Below, in pieces: positions 19,569 to 28,991 of a stretch of DNA of 64,000 bases. The notes under the pieces are model-generated. The model was not told where the DNA came from and did not search any database. It saw only the letters and a program-made list of their open reading frames with translations. Within the stretch, counting starts at the first letter, position 1, and each line of letters begins with the position of its first letter. The position numbers were made by a program, and so were the translations under genes. The stretch lies in IMG/VR virus record IMGVR_UViG_3300037466_002257; one strand, written 5' to 3'. The DNA comes from an uncultured virus (IMG/VR IMGVR_UViG_3300037466_002257) (taxonomy: Duplodnaviria > Heunggongvirae > Uroviricota > Caudoviricetes).

Positions 19569-21064
19569 CCGACGCACAATTCCTCGCCTGGCTGCAGGAC
19601 CCCAGCTCGCACCGCGTGCTGCTGGTCGAGGCCACCGCGAGCATCGGCGGCGTGGACACGCCGATGTACCTGTCCAACCGCCCGTACATCACGGGCGGCG
19701 CCGACACGCCCGCCAACACGGCCTACCTCGCGTGCATCCAAGGCGGGGGCGTCGCGACCGAGGAATTGGCGCTCGACGGCTCGCCCAGCATCGGCTTCAG
19801 CGACATCGAGATCGACAACGCAGGCGGCGTGCGCGACGCATGGTTCGGCTACGTGTGGACGAACCGACGCGTGCAGGTCTTCCTCGGCGACGCGCGCTGG
19901 GCGCGAAGTTCCTTTCGGCAGGTCTATGACGGGGTCGTGGACGACCTTGACTCGCGTGACGCGGAGACGCTCAACCTGCGCATGCTCAGCAAGCTGCAGC
20001 GCTTGAACAACCCAATCAGCGAGCAGACGCTGGGCGGCACGACGCAGAACAAGGACGCGCTCATCCCGCTCACGTTCGGCGAGTGCTTCAACGTCACGCC
20101 CTTGCTGAAGGACCCGGCGACGCTGGAGTACCTGTACCACAACGGCGCGGCCGAGGGCGTTATCGAGGTGCGCAGCAACGGCGCGGTGCCGGTGAATGCG
20201 ACCGACGCGCCCACCTCGGGCAAGTTCACGCTCAACGTCGCGCCCGCAGGCACCGACATCACCGCGAGCGTGCAGGGCGACAAGACGGGCGGCGTCTACG
20301 CGAACGACATCTCGACGCTGTGTCAACGCATCGCGACGCAGTACGGCCCGGCCAACTCGCGCTTTTCGACGAGTGACCTGGATACGACGCAGCTCGCCGC
20401 CTTCAAGGCGGCCTGCCCGCAGCCGGTGGGCCTGAACTGCACCGACCGCGTGAACCAGCTCGACGGGATGCAGCAGCTTGCGGCCAGCGTCGGAGCGAGT
20501 GTCGTCACCACGGCGCTCGGGCTGCTGCGCATCGTGCAGCTCGCGCTGCCCGCGCTCGGTACGCCCACGGCCATCGGCCAGCAGGACATCGCGTATCACA
20601 CGCTGAAGATCGAGCAGCGCGTGCCGGTGAAGGCTGCCGTCAAGCTCGGCTACTGCAAGAACTGGACGGTGCAGAACAACATCGCGGCGGGCGTACCGGT
20701 GGGCAGCGCCGCACTCTTCACGCAGGGCAGCGCCACAGGCAGTTCGCCCTTCATGACGAAGACCGTGAGCGATCCGACGGTCGCCGCGACTTACAAGCTC
20801 GACCAGCTCCCCGTCGAAGAGGACACGCTGCTGCTGGTCGAGAGCGACGCGACGGCCGAAGCGAACCGACGACTTGCGTTGTGGAAGGTGCCTCGCACCA
20901 TCTACTCGATGCAGTGCATGCCGTGGCTGTTTCTCGTTGAACTGGGTGACCCCGTGACGCTCACATTCCCGCGCTTCAACCTGGGCGCAGGCGTGACGGG
21001 CATCGTGGTCGGAGTTGCACGCGACTGGCTCAATGGTCGCATCACGTTGAAGGTGCTTTGCTAA
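19565..21064 (+). CDS. Tail tip/hub protein
   Basis: 499 aa after TMP; PLTFGECFNV and VELGDPVTL motifs. Confidence 0.65.
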   Translation: MTDAQFLAWLQDPSSHRVLLVEATASIGGVDTPMYLSNRPYITGGADTPANTAYLACIQGGGVATEELALDGSPSIGFSDIEIDNAGGVRDAWFGYVWTNRRVQVFLGDARWARSSFRQVYDGVVDDLDSRDAETLNLRMLSKLQRLNNPISEQTLGGTTQNKDALIPLTFGECFNVTPLLKDPATLEYLYHNGAAEGVIEVRSNGAVPVNATDAPTSGKFTLNVAPAGTDITASVQGDKTGGVYANDISTLCQRIATQYGPANSRFSTSDLDTTQLAAFKAACPQPVGLNCTDRVNQLDGMQQLAASVGASVVTTALGLLRIVQLALPALGTPTAIGQQDIAYHTLKIEQRVPVKAAVKLGYCKNWTVQNNIAAGVPVGSAALFTQGSATGSSPFMTKTVSDPTVAATYKLDQLPVEEDTLLLVESDATAEANRRLALWKVPRTIYSMQCMPWLFLVELGDPVTLTFPRFNLGAGVTGIVVGVARDWLNGRITLKVLC

Positions 21065-22105
21065 ATGGCCGCCATCGTCAATGCCGCCGACACGATCCTG
21101 CAGGCCACGTCTCCGCGCATGGCGGCTGCGGTGACGCTGCCCAGTGGTGTCATCGTCCCGGCCACGCGCTCGATTCTGCTCACTTCGACAAGCCCCGTGT
21201 TCGCAGTGACGCCTGCGGGCGTCGCTTCGCCCAGCTCGATCACGCTCACGGCGACGAACGTGGCGATCACCGGTTCGATCTCGTGGAGCGTGGTGAGTGG
21301 CTCTGCGACCCTGACCAGCACGACGAGTGCGTCGCCCGCGTCGGCCACGCTGCAGTATTCGGACATGGTCTCGGCGCAGGTCACCGTTCGCGCGACCTGC
21401 GTGGACTCGGTGAGCGGCAACACGTACACGTCCGACTACACGATCACGAGGCTCGCGAGCGGCGCGAGAAGCGGCTACGGCCCGACCTACGGGATCAGCA
21501 GCTCGACGTGGAGCGACGCGCAGGCCAACGCCGTCATCTACAACATGGCCTACGGCACGAGCCTCACGTCGCAGGCGAGCACGGCGGCGAACGTGCTGGG
21601 CGACACGGTGGTGCTGTCCAACAGCTCGACGTACACGCAGTCGAAGACATGGAACGGGTCGGCCTGGGTGTCGCCCACTCAGTATTACGACGGCGCCTTC
21701 ATCGCGAACGCGTCGGTCAATACGTTGTCGATTGCGGGCAATGCGGTGACGGTGCCTGTGACGTACAGCAACACCCCAAACCAAGTCAGCGACGGCTTCA
21801 CGACGTACTCGTACACCTTCACGGTCACGACATCGCAGCCTGGGACTTTGTTTGTATCGGTCGTGTTGCAGCAGGCTATCTCTGCGAGCAACCCCGACGC
21901 GAACTGGGCGACCAACTTGCTCATTGACGGTGTGTCTGTGTTCTCAAACCCTGTACCTGTTCGAGGGCAGACGCTCTTGCCGCTCTCAGGCTCACTGGCA
22001 GTCGGAGCAGGAACCCACACCATCGAGGTTCGTTGGCTTTACACGGTCGCCAGCGGTGCGACCCTCATGGCGATTTCAGGCTACGCAGTGGCAGCAAAAC
22101 GATGA
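21065..22105 (+). CDS. Tail protein, Ser/Thr-rich, lower-GC C-terminus
   Basis: 346 aa; IANASVNTLSIAGNAVT segment typical of tail tip proteins. Confidence 0.6.
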   Translation: MAAIVNAADTILQATSPRMAAAVTLPSGVIVPATRSILLTSTSPVFAVTPAGVASPSSITLTATNVAITGSISWSVVSGSATLTSTTSASPASATLQYSDMVSAQVTVRATCVDSVSGNTYTSDYTITRLASGARSGYGPTYGISSSTWSDAQANAVIYNMAYGTSLTSQASTAANVLGDTVVLSNSSTYTQSKTWNGSAWVSPTQYYDGAFIANASVNTLSIAGNAVTVPVTYSNTPNQVSDGFTTYSYTFTVTTSQPGTLFVSVVLQQAISASNPDANWATNLLIDGVSVFSNPVPVRGQTLLPLSGSLAVGAGTHTIEVRWLYTVASGATLMAISGYAVAAKR

Positions 22106-22707
22106 ACCACTACCTCATTTACGACAGCTTCGGCAACATCGTTCAAACCGGGCACTGCCCCGACGAGGACATCCCGCAACCCGGCCCCGGCTTGCGGGTC
22201 ATTGCGGGTGTGGAGGCCGTGCCTTCGCTCTACTACGTGAAGGACGGGGAGCTGGCGCCGTACACGCCCGAGCAGGTGACCGCCCGCGCCACGCACCCCG
22301 GCTTCAACGCGCACTGGGACAACGCCGCGATGGCGTGGATCGACGACCGCTCGCTCGACGAGTTCCGCGCCGCGAAGTGGTCCGAGATCAAGCAGGCTCG
22401 CGACGCCGCCGAGTGGGCAGGCTTCGTGTGGGACGGCAGCACGTTCGACTCCGACGAGGTGAGCCAAGGGCGTGTCCAGGGCGCAGCGCTTGCGGCCACG
22501 GTGGCGGCCGGGAACGCGCAGCCGTTCTCCGTGGACTGGACCCTTGCGGACAACACGGTGCGCACGCTGGACGGCCCTTCCATGATTCAGGTCGGCATGG
22601 CCCTGCTCACGCACATCAACACGCAGCATGAGAAGGGGCGCCAGCTCCGCGTGCAGATCGAGGACCCGAACGCAACGCGCGAGCAGATCGCCGCGATTGC
22701 GTGGTAG
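22102..22707 (+). CDS. Tail fibre assembly-type protein (DUF4376-like)
   Basis: KWSEIKQARD...FDSD...WTLADNTVRTL pattern. Confidence 0.7.
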   Translation: MNHYLIYDSFGNIVQTGHCPDEDIPQPGPGLRVIAGVEAVPSLYYVKDGELAPYTPEQVTARATHPGFNAHWDNAAMAWIDDRSLDEFRAAKWSEIKQARDAAEWAGFVWDGSTFDSDEVSQGRVQGAALAATVAAGNAQPFSVDWTLADNTVRTLDGPSMIQVGMALLTHINTQHEKGRQLRVQIEDPNATREQIAAIAW

Positions 22708-22747
22708 GTGAAAAGGGACTTTCCAGCTAAGATTCCAGCTCAACAAT

Positions 22748-23575
22748 ATGGCAAACCTTCGCGTCATTTGGGACAACGCAATCGACCGCGCCACGTCGCT
22801 CGCGGCGAGCACGACTGCGGGCGCCCTTGCGGCGTCGAACATGCAGAACGACTTCAAGGGTCAGGTGCACCGTTCGACCGGCACGAGCGTGACGTACACC
22901 GCGACGTGGAGTGCAGGCGAGGTGATCGGGGGCGTCGTGCTGCCGATGACGAACCTGTCTTCCGCAGCGACGATCCGGGTGCGGCGCTACGCCGACACGG
23001 CCTGCACCAACCTGATCGACGACAGCGGCACCGTCTACGCCTGCCCCGGCCTGACGCTGGGCATGTGGAACTGGAGCCAGCCGCTGGATGCGAACGCATT
23101 CCCGTATGCGGGCTTCTCGAAGTCCTCGGTCTGGATGACGCCGCAGACCGTCTACGGCCTCGTCGTCGATCTCGTGGACACGTCCAACGCGGCGGGCTAC
23201 ATCGACTGCGCCAGGCTGATCGCAGGCAACTACTGGGAGTCCTCGAAGAACCCGTCCTACGGTGCGAAGATGAGCGTGTCGGACACCTCGAAGTCCGCGC
23301 GCAACGACGCGGGCGACCTGCTGTCCGACCTCGGCGTGAAGTACGAGACGCTGAACGTGAACCTTGCGCTGCTGTCCACGAGTGACCGCGCCTACCTGCT
23401 GCGCATCCTGCGTTCGGCGGGCACGGGGCGCAACATCCTCGCGAGCGTCTATCCCGACAGCGGCAACAGCACGCTCGAACAGGATCACACGATCTACGGC
23501 AAGCGGTCCAACTCGGACATCAGCACGGACTTCTACAACCAATACTCGAACACTCTGCAGATGGAGAGCTGGTAA
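22748..23575 (+). CDS. Minor tail structural protein
   Basis: 275 aa; GYIDCARLIAGNYW; in tail cluster. Confidence 0.6.
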   Translation: MANLRVIWDNAIDRATSLAASTTAGALAASNMQNDFKGQVHRSTGTSVTYTATWSAGEVIGGVVLPMTNLSSAATIRVRRYADTACTNLIDDSGTVYACPGLTLGMWNWSQPLDANAFPYAGFSKSSVWMTPQTVYGLVVDLVDTSNAAGYIDCARLIAGNYWESSKNPSYGAKMSVSDTSKSARNDAGDLLSDLGVKYETLNVNLALLSTSDRAYLLRILRSAGTGRNILASVYPDSGNSTLEQDHTIYGKRSNSDISTDFYNQYSNTLQMESW

Positions 23576-25798
23576 ATGGCATCGGTCTTCACTACCAACA
23601 TCAAAGGGCCGGACGCCGTCGCGGCCCTGAACTCGCTGTGGGACCTTGCGACTTCGCAGTTCTCCTCGTACAGCACGACGAGCCTTGCCGTCGGCACTGG
23701 CAGCAAGTCGCTCACCATCGAGGCCGGAAAGTCCCTTTCTGTCGGGCAGGCCATCGCGCTGTACGACACGGCCGATGTGACGCAGAACATGCAGGGTACG
23801 GTCACGTCGTACAACTCGACGACCGGCGCTCTCGTCGTGAACGTCACCTCCGTCGGTGGTGCGGGCACCTACGCGACGTGGACGGTCGTCTCGCCCGGCT
23901 CCTCGCGCCTGAGCGTGGACATCCACGGCGCTGCGACGAAGGCGACGCCTGCCGACAACGACGAGTTCGGCTACCTCGACAGCGGCGCCACGTTTGGCCT
24001 GAAGAAGTTCACCTGGCGCGGCTTGCTCAGCGCCATCGGCGCCGCCTTCGGCGCGACGTTGAACATGGGCAGCGGCGTGTCCACGGGCGACGTGACCGTC
24101 GAGGTCGGCGGCCTGCGCACGGGCGACGGCAACGCGATCATCGACCTGCACGGCACGACCGGCACCAGCTATGAGGCGCGGCTGATTCGCGCTGCCGGGG
24201 CGAACGGGGACTTGTCGCTGCTGCAGACTGGCACCGGCAACTTGGACCTTAATCACGCAGGGGCTGGCCCCTTGCGGGTGCTGCTGCGTGGCGTGGTGCA
24301 GTTCGTTTTCAGCTCGGTCGCATCCGCCGTCAACTACCTGCAGGTCGCAGCCGCCGCAGCCGGGTCTGGACCGACTCTTTCGGCGCAGGGCACGGACGGC
24401 ACCATCAGCATCGCGTATGTCACGAAGGGGGCAGGAGGCCACTACCTCCAGACGAGTGGCGGGACGACGCAGCTTCTGGTTGCGCACACGCCCAGCGCGG
24501 TGAATTACGCGCAGCTCACGGGCGCCGCGACAGGCAATGCGGTGGCCCTGTCCGCGCAGGGCAGCGACACGAACGTCCCCTTCAACTACCAGACGAAGGG
24601 CGCAGGCGCGCACAACTTCTACGCTGCGGGCGCCCTGCAGTTCCAGATCACCGCCGTCGCGAGCGCGGTGAACTACCTGAACTTCAACGGCGCGGTCTCG
24701 GGCGGTGCGGTGACGCTGTCGGCGCAGGGCGGCGACACGAACATCGACCTGAACCTGCAGTCCAAGGGCACGGGGGTCGTCAAGGCGAACGGTAACCAAG
24801 TTGCGACGCTTGGGCAGGTTGGCGCTCTCTCGTACCGCAACAAAATTCGCAATGGCCGCATGGACATTGCACTGCGCGGGACTTCGCTCGCACAGACCGC
24901 CAACAGCGCCAGCTATACGCTGGACGGGTGGATCTGCTCGAACAGTGGCACGCAGGTTGTCACGGTCTCGCAGCAGGCGGACACGATGGCTGGCAGCGAG
25001 ATGCAGTACAGCTTGCGCGTCACGGTGAACACGGCCAATGCCGCCATCGCGGCTGGAAACTACGCCCTCATTGAGCAGCCCATCGAGGGTTATCTCGTTC
25101 GGGACCTCATTGGCAATCCCATCGCCATCCGGTTCGAGGTCAAGTCGCCGAAGGCTGGCACGCACTGCGTGGCGATCCGCAACGGCGGCACCGCCGACCG
25201 CAGCTATATCCTCACGTACAGCGTTGCGGCAGCCAACACATGGCAGGCGGTGAACCTCACGCTGCCCGCAGGTCTTATCACCGCTGGCAGCGGGTGGAAC
25301 TGGACGAATGGTTCGGGCGTGCGTGTCGGCTTCGTTCTGGCCGCTGGCAGCACGTTCCAGACCACTGCAGGCGCCTGGCAAACGGGCAGCTTCCTCGCCA
25401 CGTCGGCGCAGGTGAACTGCATGGACACCGTCGGCAACGTGTTCGCGGTTACCGGCGTGCAGCTCGAAAAAGGCAGCGCCTCGACGGCGTTTGAGCATCG
25501 AACTATTGCCAATGAGCTATTGTTCAATCAGCGGTACTTTGTGACGGGACAGAGCCGGTGGGACGGCTACGCTACAACCGGAATGACGGTATCAAACTCC
25601 AATCCGTTCAAGGTGACGATGCGGGCTACACCAGCGGTGGCGTTTCCCTCTGGCGTGACTGGCAGTGGTGCAGTGGCAGGTACGACTCCTGCAACCACTA
25701 ACCTTGATGCGAATGGATTTTGGGAATACCGCACCACTACGGCAACTGGATCGGGAACTTTTACTAGCAACTGGACGGCTTCTGCGGAGCTGTCGTAG
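23576..25798 (+). CDS. Tail fibre/receptor-binding protein
   Basis: 740 aa; three 56-57 aa AVNY...LSAQG..TKG repeats; RNKIRNG...GVQLEKGSASTAFEHR domain. Confidence 0.8.
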   Translation: MASVFTTNIKGPDAVAALNSLWDLATSQFSSYSTTSLAVGTGSKSLTIEAGKSLSVGQAIALYDTADVTQNMQGTVTSYNSTTGALVVNVTSVGGAGTYATWTVVSPGSSRLSVDIHGAATKATPADNDEFGYLDSGATFGLKKFTWRGLLSAIGAAFGATLNMGSGVSTGDVTVEVGGLRTGDGNAIIDLHGTTGTSYEARLIRAAGANGDLSLLQTGTGNLDLNHAGAGPLRVLLRGVVQFVFSSVASAVNYLQVAAAAAGSGPTLSAQGTDGTISIAYVTKGAGGHYLQTSGGTTQLLVAHTPSAVNYAQLTGAATGNAVALSAQGSDTNVPFNYQTKGAGAHNFYAAGALQFQITAVASAVNYLNFNGAVSGGAVTLSAQGGDTNIDLNLQSKGTGVVKANGNQVATLGQVGALSYRNKIRNGRMDIALRGTSLAQTANSASYTLDGWICSNSGTQVVTVSQQADTMAGSEMQYSLRVTVNTANAAIAAGNYALIEQPIEGYLVRDLIGNPIAIRFEVKSPKAGTHCVAIRNGGTADRSYILTYSVAAANTWQAVNLTLPAGLITAGSGWNWTNGSGVRVGFVLAAGSTFQTTAGAWQTGSFLATSAQVNCMDTVGNVFAVTGVQLEKGSASTAFEHRTIANELLFNQRYFVTGQSRWDGYATTGMTVSNSNPFKVTMRATPAVAFPSGVTGSGAVAGTTPATTNLDANGFWEYRTTTATGSGTFTSNWTASAELS

Positions 25799-25816
25799 AG
25801 CTAAATAGCTACCACA

Positions 25817-25853
25817 GCGAAGAGGCCTTGTCTGTCGGACAGGGCCTCTTCGC
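25817..25853. terminator. Strong hairpin between tail and lysis modules
   Basis: GCGAAGAGGCCTTGTC...GACAGGGCCTCTTCGC inverted repeat; weak U-tract. Confidence 0.55.
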
Positions 25854-25882
25854 TTGTAGGCGCGCACTTACGCAAGTACACT
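25854..25882 (+). promoter_or_regulatory. Putative lysis-cassette promoter
   Basis: TTGTAG-17-TACACT; GCTCAACA at 25886 and GAAGTGACTTT at 25898. Confidence 0.55.
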
Positions 25883-25920
25883 CCGGCTCAACAATACGAA
25901 GTGACTTTCAAGGGTGCCGC

Positions 25921-26304
25921 ATGGATTGGCTGGAAAAAGTTTTCGGTGACCGCGCGACCCTTTACACGGTCGTCGGCAGCGCCATCACCGGCCTGATCGG
26001 CAGCCTCTCGCAGGGCGTCATGCAGAAGAAGCACGGCGGCTGGCCGGGCTTCTTCTCCGCGCTGATTGTCGGCGTCTCCGTCTCAGTGATCGTCGGCCTG
26101 GGCATCAAGGACTACATCGCCAGCGACACCCTGCGCCTTGCCATCGTCGGCGCCGCCGCCGTCATCTCCGACGACATCCTCGCAGGCTTGCGAGCCGTGG
26201 GACGCCTCGTGCGCGAGGACCCGCTCGGCTCGCTCGGCCGCCTGATCGACGCGCTGCGCGGCGCCAAAGCCCCGACAACGACGAAGCCACCGGAGGCATC
26301 TTGA
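25921..26304 (+). CDS. Putative holin
   Basis: 127 aa, 2-3 hydrophobic segments, upstream of endolysin. Confidence 0.65.
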   Translation: MDWLEKVFGDRATLYTVVGSAITGLIGSLSQGVMQKKHGGWPGFFSALIVGVSVSVIVGLGIKDYIASDTLRLAIVGAAAVISDDILAGLRAVGRLVREDPLGSLGRLIDALRGAKAPTTTKPPEAS

Positions 26305-26618
26305 CCCTGATCTTCGAACTCGCTGCGATCCTCGCCTGCGCCGCTGCAGGTGTTCTTCTCCTGTGCGCCGTGCGCCGCCCCTTCGGGGAGCAGCCGATCC
26401 TGCGCGTGGCGCGGCGTATCGGCGCGGTGGCGATGTTCTCGGCCACGGCCTACATGGTCTACGAGCTGGTCGAGTACGGCAGCGTCCACACGGTCTATTG
26501 CTGGCTGCTCGGCCTCTTCGGCTTGAGCCAGCTCCTGTTCTCCATGCACACGTTCATGGAGCCGCACTGCGCCACGCGCCTGATCGTTCGGAAGCCCTGT
26601 GAAGCCCCTCACGCCTGA
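26301..26618 (+). CDS. Membrane protein (lysis cassette)
   Basis: 105 aa, three hydrophobic segments. Confidence 0.6.
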   Translation: MTLIFELAAILACAAAGVLLLCAVRRPFGEQPILRVARRIGAVAMFSATAYMVYELVEYGSVHTVYCWLLGLFGLSQLLFSMHTFMEPHCATRLIVRKPCEAPHA

Positions 26619-27201
26619 CCTGCTGCAAGCAGCCACCGGCTGCACCCCGGAGCGCGCTGCGCTCTTCTTCACGCCCGTCGTCGAGGCGATGCAACGCTTC
26701 ACCATCGACGGCCTGTGGCCCACCAGCGCGTTCCTCGCGCAGGTCACCGTCGAATCGGGCCATCTGGCCTGTCTGGAGGAGTCGCTGTACTACCGCGACC
26801 CGGCCCGCCTTGCGCAGGTGTTCCGTCGCGTTTTCGACACGAACCACGACAAAATTCTCGAACCTGCCGAAATCGCCGCGTGCGAGCCGTACCTGTGCGG
26901 CAAGGGCGATCTCTCGAAGGTCCTTTACGGCGGCTTCCACGGCCGAGGCCTGCTCGGGCTGACGTGGGAGCGCAACTACGCGGCGGCCAGCCTTGCCTGC
27001 GACGCCGACTACGTGAATCACCCGGACCTCGTGAAGCTGCCCAAGCACGCGGCCCTCACGGCAGCCTGGTTCTTCAGCAGCTCAGGCTGCTGCCAGGTCG
27101 CCGGGAACATCGACGCTGTCACACGCATCATCAACCCCGCCATGATGGCCGCCGACGAGCGGCGCCAGCACTACGCCCGCATCAAGGAGCTGCTCGCATG
27201 A
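26599..27201 (+). CDS. Endolysin, glycoside hydrolase family 19
   Basis: FLAQVTVESG...LEE, GRGLLGLTW.RNY, AAWFF, VTRIIN motifs. Confidence 0.88.
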   Translation: MKPLTPDLLQAATGCTPERAALFFTPVVEAMQRFTIDGLWPTSAFLAQVTVESGHLACLEESLYYRDPARLAQVFRRVFDTNHDKILEPAEIAACEPYLCGKGDLSKVLYGGFHGRGLLGLTWERNYAAASLACDADYVNHPDLVKLPKHAALTAAWFFSSSGCCQVAGNIDAVTRIINPAMMAADERRQHYARIKELLA

Positions 27202-27641
27202 TGGACGACGAAGTGACTTTGCTGTGGCCGGTGCGCCCGACCTGCCACGACCGCGATCCGCACGCGCAGACGTTCGAGCCGACACGCTGGGAGCGCCGGG
27301 CCGAGGGCTACCGTCACTGCAGCTACTGTGGCAGCCTGCACCCGGAGGACCTGCACAAAGTCCTGCTCGCTGGCGCCCGCCTGGGTGGGGCCGACTGGAA
27401 GTACGGGCATCCGCACAAGTTCTACGTCTACGACGCGCCCAGCGCGAACGTGGGCCTTTTCGACAGCGAGCCGCCGAAGGTGCCGATGATGAAGTGGTAC
27501 AACGCCCACCTCAACGACCTCGACGCGGTCGCCTTCTCCGTGATGTCGGACCTGCTGATGAAGCACTCCAACATCCGTTTCGACCGGGATGCGCAGGGCT
27601 TGCGCTACCTCGCACCGTATGCCGGGTATCAGAAAGCCTGA
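27198..27641 (+). CDS. Hypothetical protein
   Basis: ATGA overlap with endolysin; CSYCGSLHP and ADWKYGHPHKFY. Confidence 0.65.
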   Translation: MMDDEVTLLWPVRPTCHDRDPHAQTFEPTRWERRAEGYRHCSYCGSLHPEDLHKVLLAGARLGGADWKYGHPHKFYVYDAPSANVGLFDSEPPKVPMMKWYNAHLNDLDAVAFSVMSDLLMKHSNIRFDRDAQGLRYLAPYAGYQKA

Positions 27642-28071
27642 GAAGCTCACCTGTGTCTGCCCTGAACCGGGCTGTGGCGCCGTCCGTGAGGTCTCCAGCG
27701 CGGGGCACTACCGGCGCCTCCCGCGCGACGTGCTCGGGCGGGTGCTGCGCCGCTGCAAGTCGTGCGCCCGCACGCAGGGCTACATCACGCTGTTCCCGGC
27801 CGCCGTCGCCGCTCGCTCGCGCGGCGTGCACCACCGCAAGGTGCAGCGCGTGTGGGCCATCTGCTACTTGGGCGGAAAGTGCAAGTCGTGCGGCGTCGGC
27901 TACGACGGACGCAACGGCTACATCTTCGACTTCCATCACCGCGACCCGGCGCAGAAGGAGTTCGCCTTCAACCGGGTGCGCACCACGTATGCGGCCTTGC
28001 GCCGCGAGCTGGACAAGTGCGACCTGCTGTGCTGCGCTTGCCATCGCGGTGAGCACAGCGAACCCTACTGA
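27619..28071 (+). CDS. HNH endonuclease-like protein
   Basis: CKSCG...FDFHHRDP...ELDKCDLLCCACHRGEH. Confidence 0.75.
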   Translation: MPGIRKPEKLTCVCPEPGCGAVREVSSAGHYRRLPRDVLGRVLRRCKSCARTQGYITLFPAAVAARSRGVHHRKVQRVWAICYLGGKCKSCGVGYDGRNGYIFDFHHRDPAQKEFAFNRVRTTYAALRRELDKCDLLCCACHRGEHSEPY

Positions 28072-28083
28072 AAGGAGCTTTCT

Positions 28084-28524
28084 GTGAACCCGTTTCCCCT
28101 GATCGCTGCGGCATTCGACGTGCTGCGCAAAGGCGGCGCCGTCGCCGATGCCGTGAAGCATCGCAATGCGACCGATCTTGGCAAGCTGGTCGGCTTGTTG
28201 ATCGTCGCTCTCGTTCAACTCGTGCAAGGCACCCGCTATGCGCAGTACGTCTCTTTCGTCACGCCGGAGATGGCGACGAGCTTTGGCCTGGCTGTGGCTG
28301 GCGCTTGCACCGCTTGGGGCCACTGGGCAACCAGCCCCGACAACGGCATCCCCTTCCTTCCTGCCAAGGCCGCTGACGCTGGACCAGCTCGGAACGATCC
28401 TGCACCGGCAGGAGCAGCGGCTGCAGGACCGGTGGCAGGACAGCCAGCCGTCGGCCAGCCGCCCGTGGAAGTGCGGAACGGCGGTGACGCTGCGCAGGCT
28501 CCCGACGGATACCTGCGAGGCTGA
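28084..28524 (+). CDS. Membrane protein, possibly lysis-related
   Basis: Two hydrophobic segments, Pro/Ala-rich tail; SD GAAAGGAG inside palindrome. Confidence 0.65.
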   Translation: MNPFPLIAAAFDVLRKGGAVADAVKHRNATDLGKLVGLLIVALVQLVQGTRYAQYVSFVTPEMATSFGLAVAGACTAWGHWATSPDNGIPFLPAKAADAGPARNDPAPAGAAAAGPVAGQPAVGQPPVEVRNGGDAAQAPDGYLRG

Positions 28525-28592
28525 GGACCGTTACGCGCCGCGCTGCTACGCGCTGACGCTGCTGCTGACGTGCAAGAACCTGTGAGCGGGGC

Positions 28593-28621
28593 TTGACAGA
28601 ATTGCTGAGCTTCGGCATTGT
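28593..28621 (+). promoter_or_regulatory. Putative sigma70-type promoter
   Basis: TTGACA-17-CATTGT with TGCTGAGC and TGTTGAGC boxes. Confidence 0.5.
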
Positions 28622-28652
28622 TGAGCTTCCCTAGAGAAGGAGCTTCCGTGAA

Positions 28653-28934
28653 ATGAACCTCGTCACCTTCATCCGCATCATCTCGCTGCTGAAGCTGCTG
28701 GCACCGCTGGTGCCGCAGATTTACGCCGCCGTCAAGGAGACGTTCGGCGACCTGCCGGGCGAAGCCAAGTTCGACGCCTTCCTCGCGCAGGTGCACAACG
28801 CCGTCGCCGTGGTGGACGAACTGCGACCCTACGCCGACATTGTGGAAGCGGCGGTCCCGTCCCTGAAGAAGCTCGTGGACAAGTACCACGCCGCCGTCCA
28901 GGCGGCTGCGCTACCGGCACCGGCTTCGAGTTGA
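28653..28934 (+). CDS. Hypothetical protein
   Basis: 93 aa, SD GAAGGAG, good codon usage. Confidence 0.7.
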   Translation: MNLVTFIRIISLLKLLAPLVPQIYAAVKETFGDLPGEAKFDAFLAQVHNAVAVVDELRPYADIVEAAVPSLKKLVDKYHAAVQAAALPAPASS

Positions 28935-28963
28935 CCCTGATCGCGCCACAAGCGCACCCAGCG

Positions 28964-28991
28964 AAAAGGCCGCCCCACCGGGCGGCCTTTT
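28964..28991. terminator. Bidirectional intrinsic terminator where the two arms converge
   Basis: AAAAGGCCGCCC-CACC-GGGCGGCCTTTT. Confidence 0.9.

Noticed and set aside
21720..25815. Diversity-generating retroelement or invertible fibre cassette
   Set aside because: No reverse transcriptase, invertase or template/variable repeat pair seen in the window
28540..28572. GCTGACGCTGCTGCTGACG short repeat
   Set aside because: Too short and degenerate to support a function
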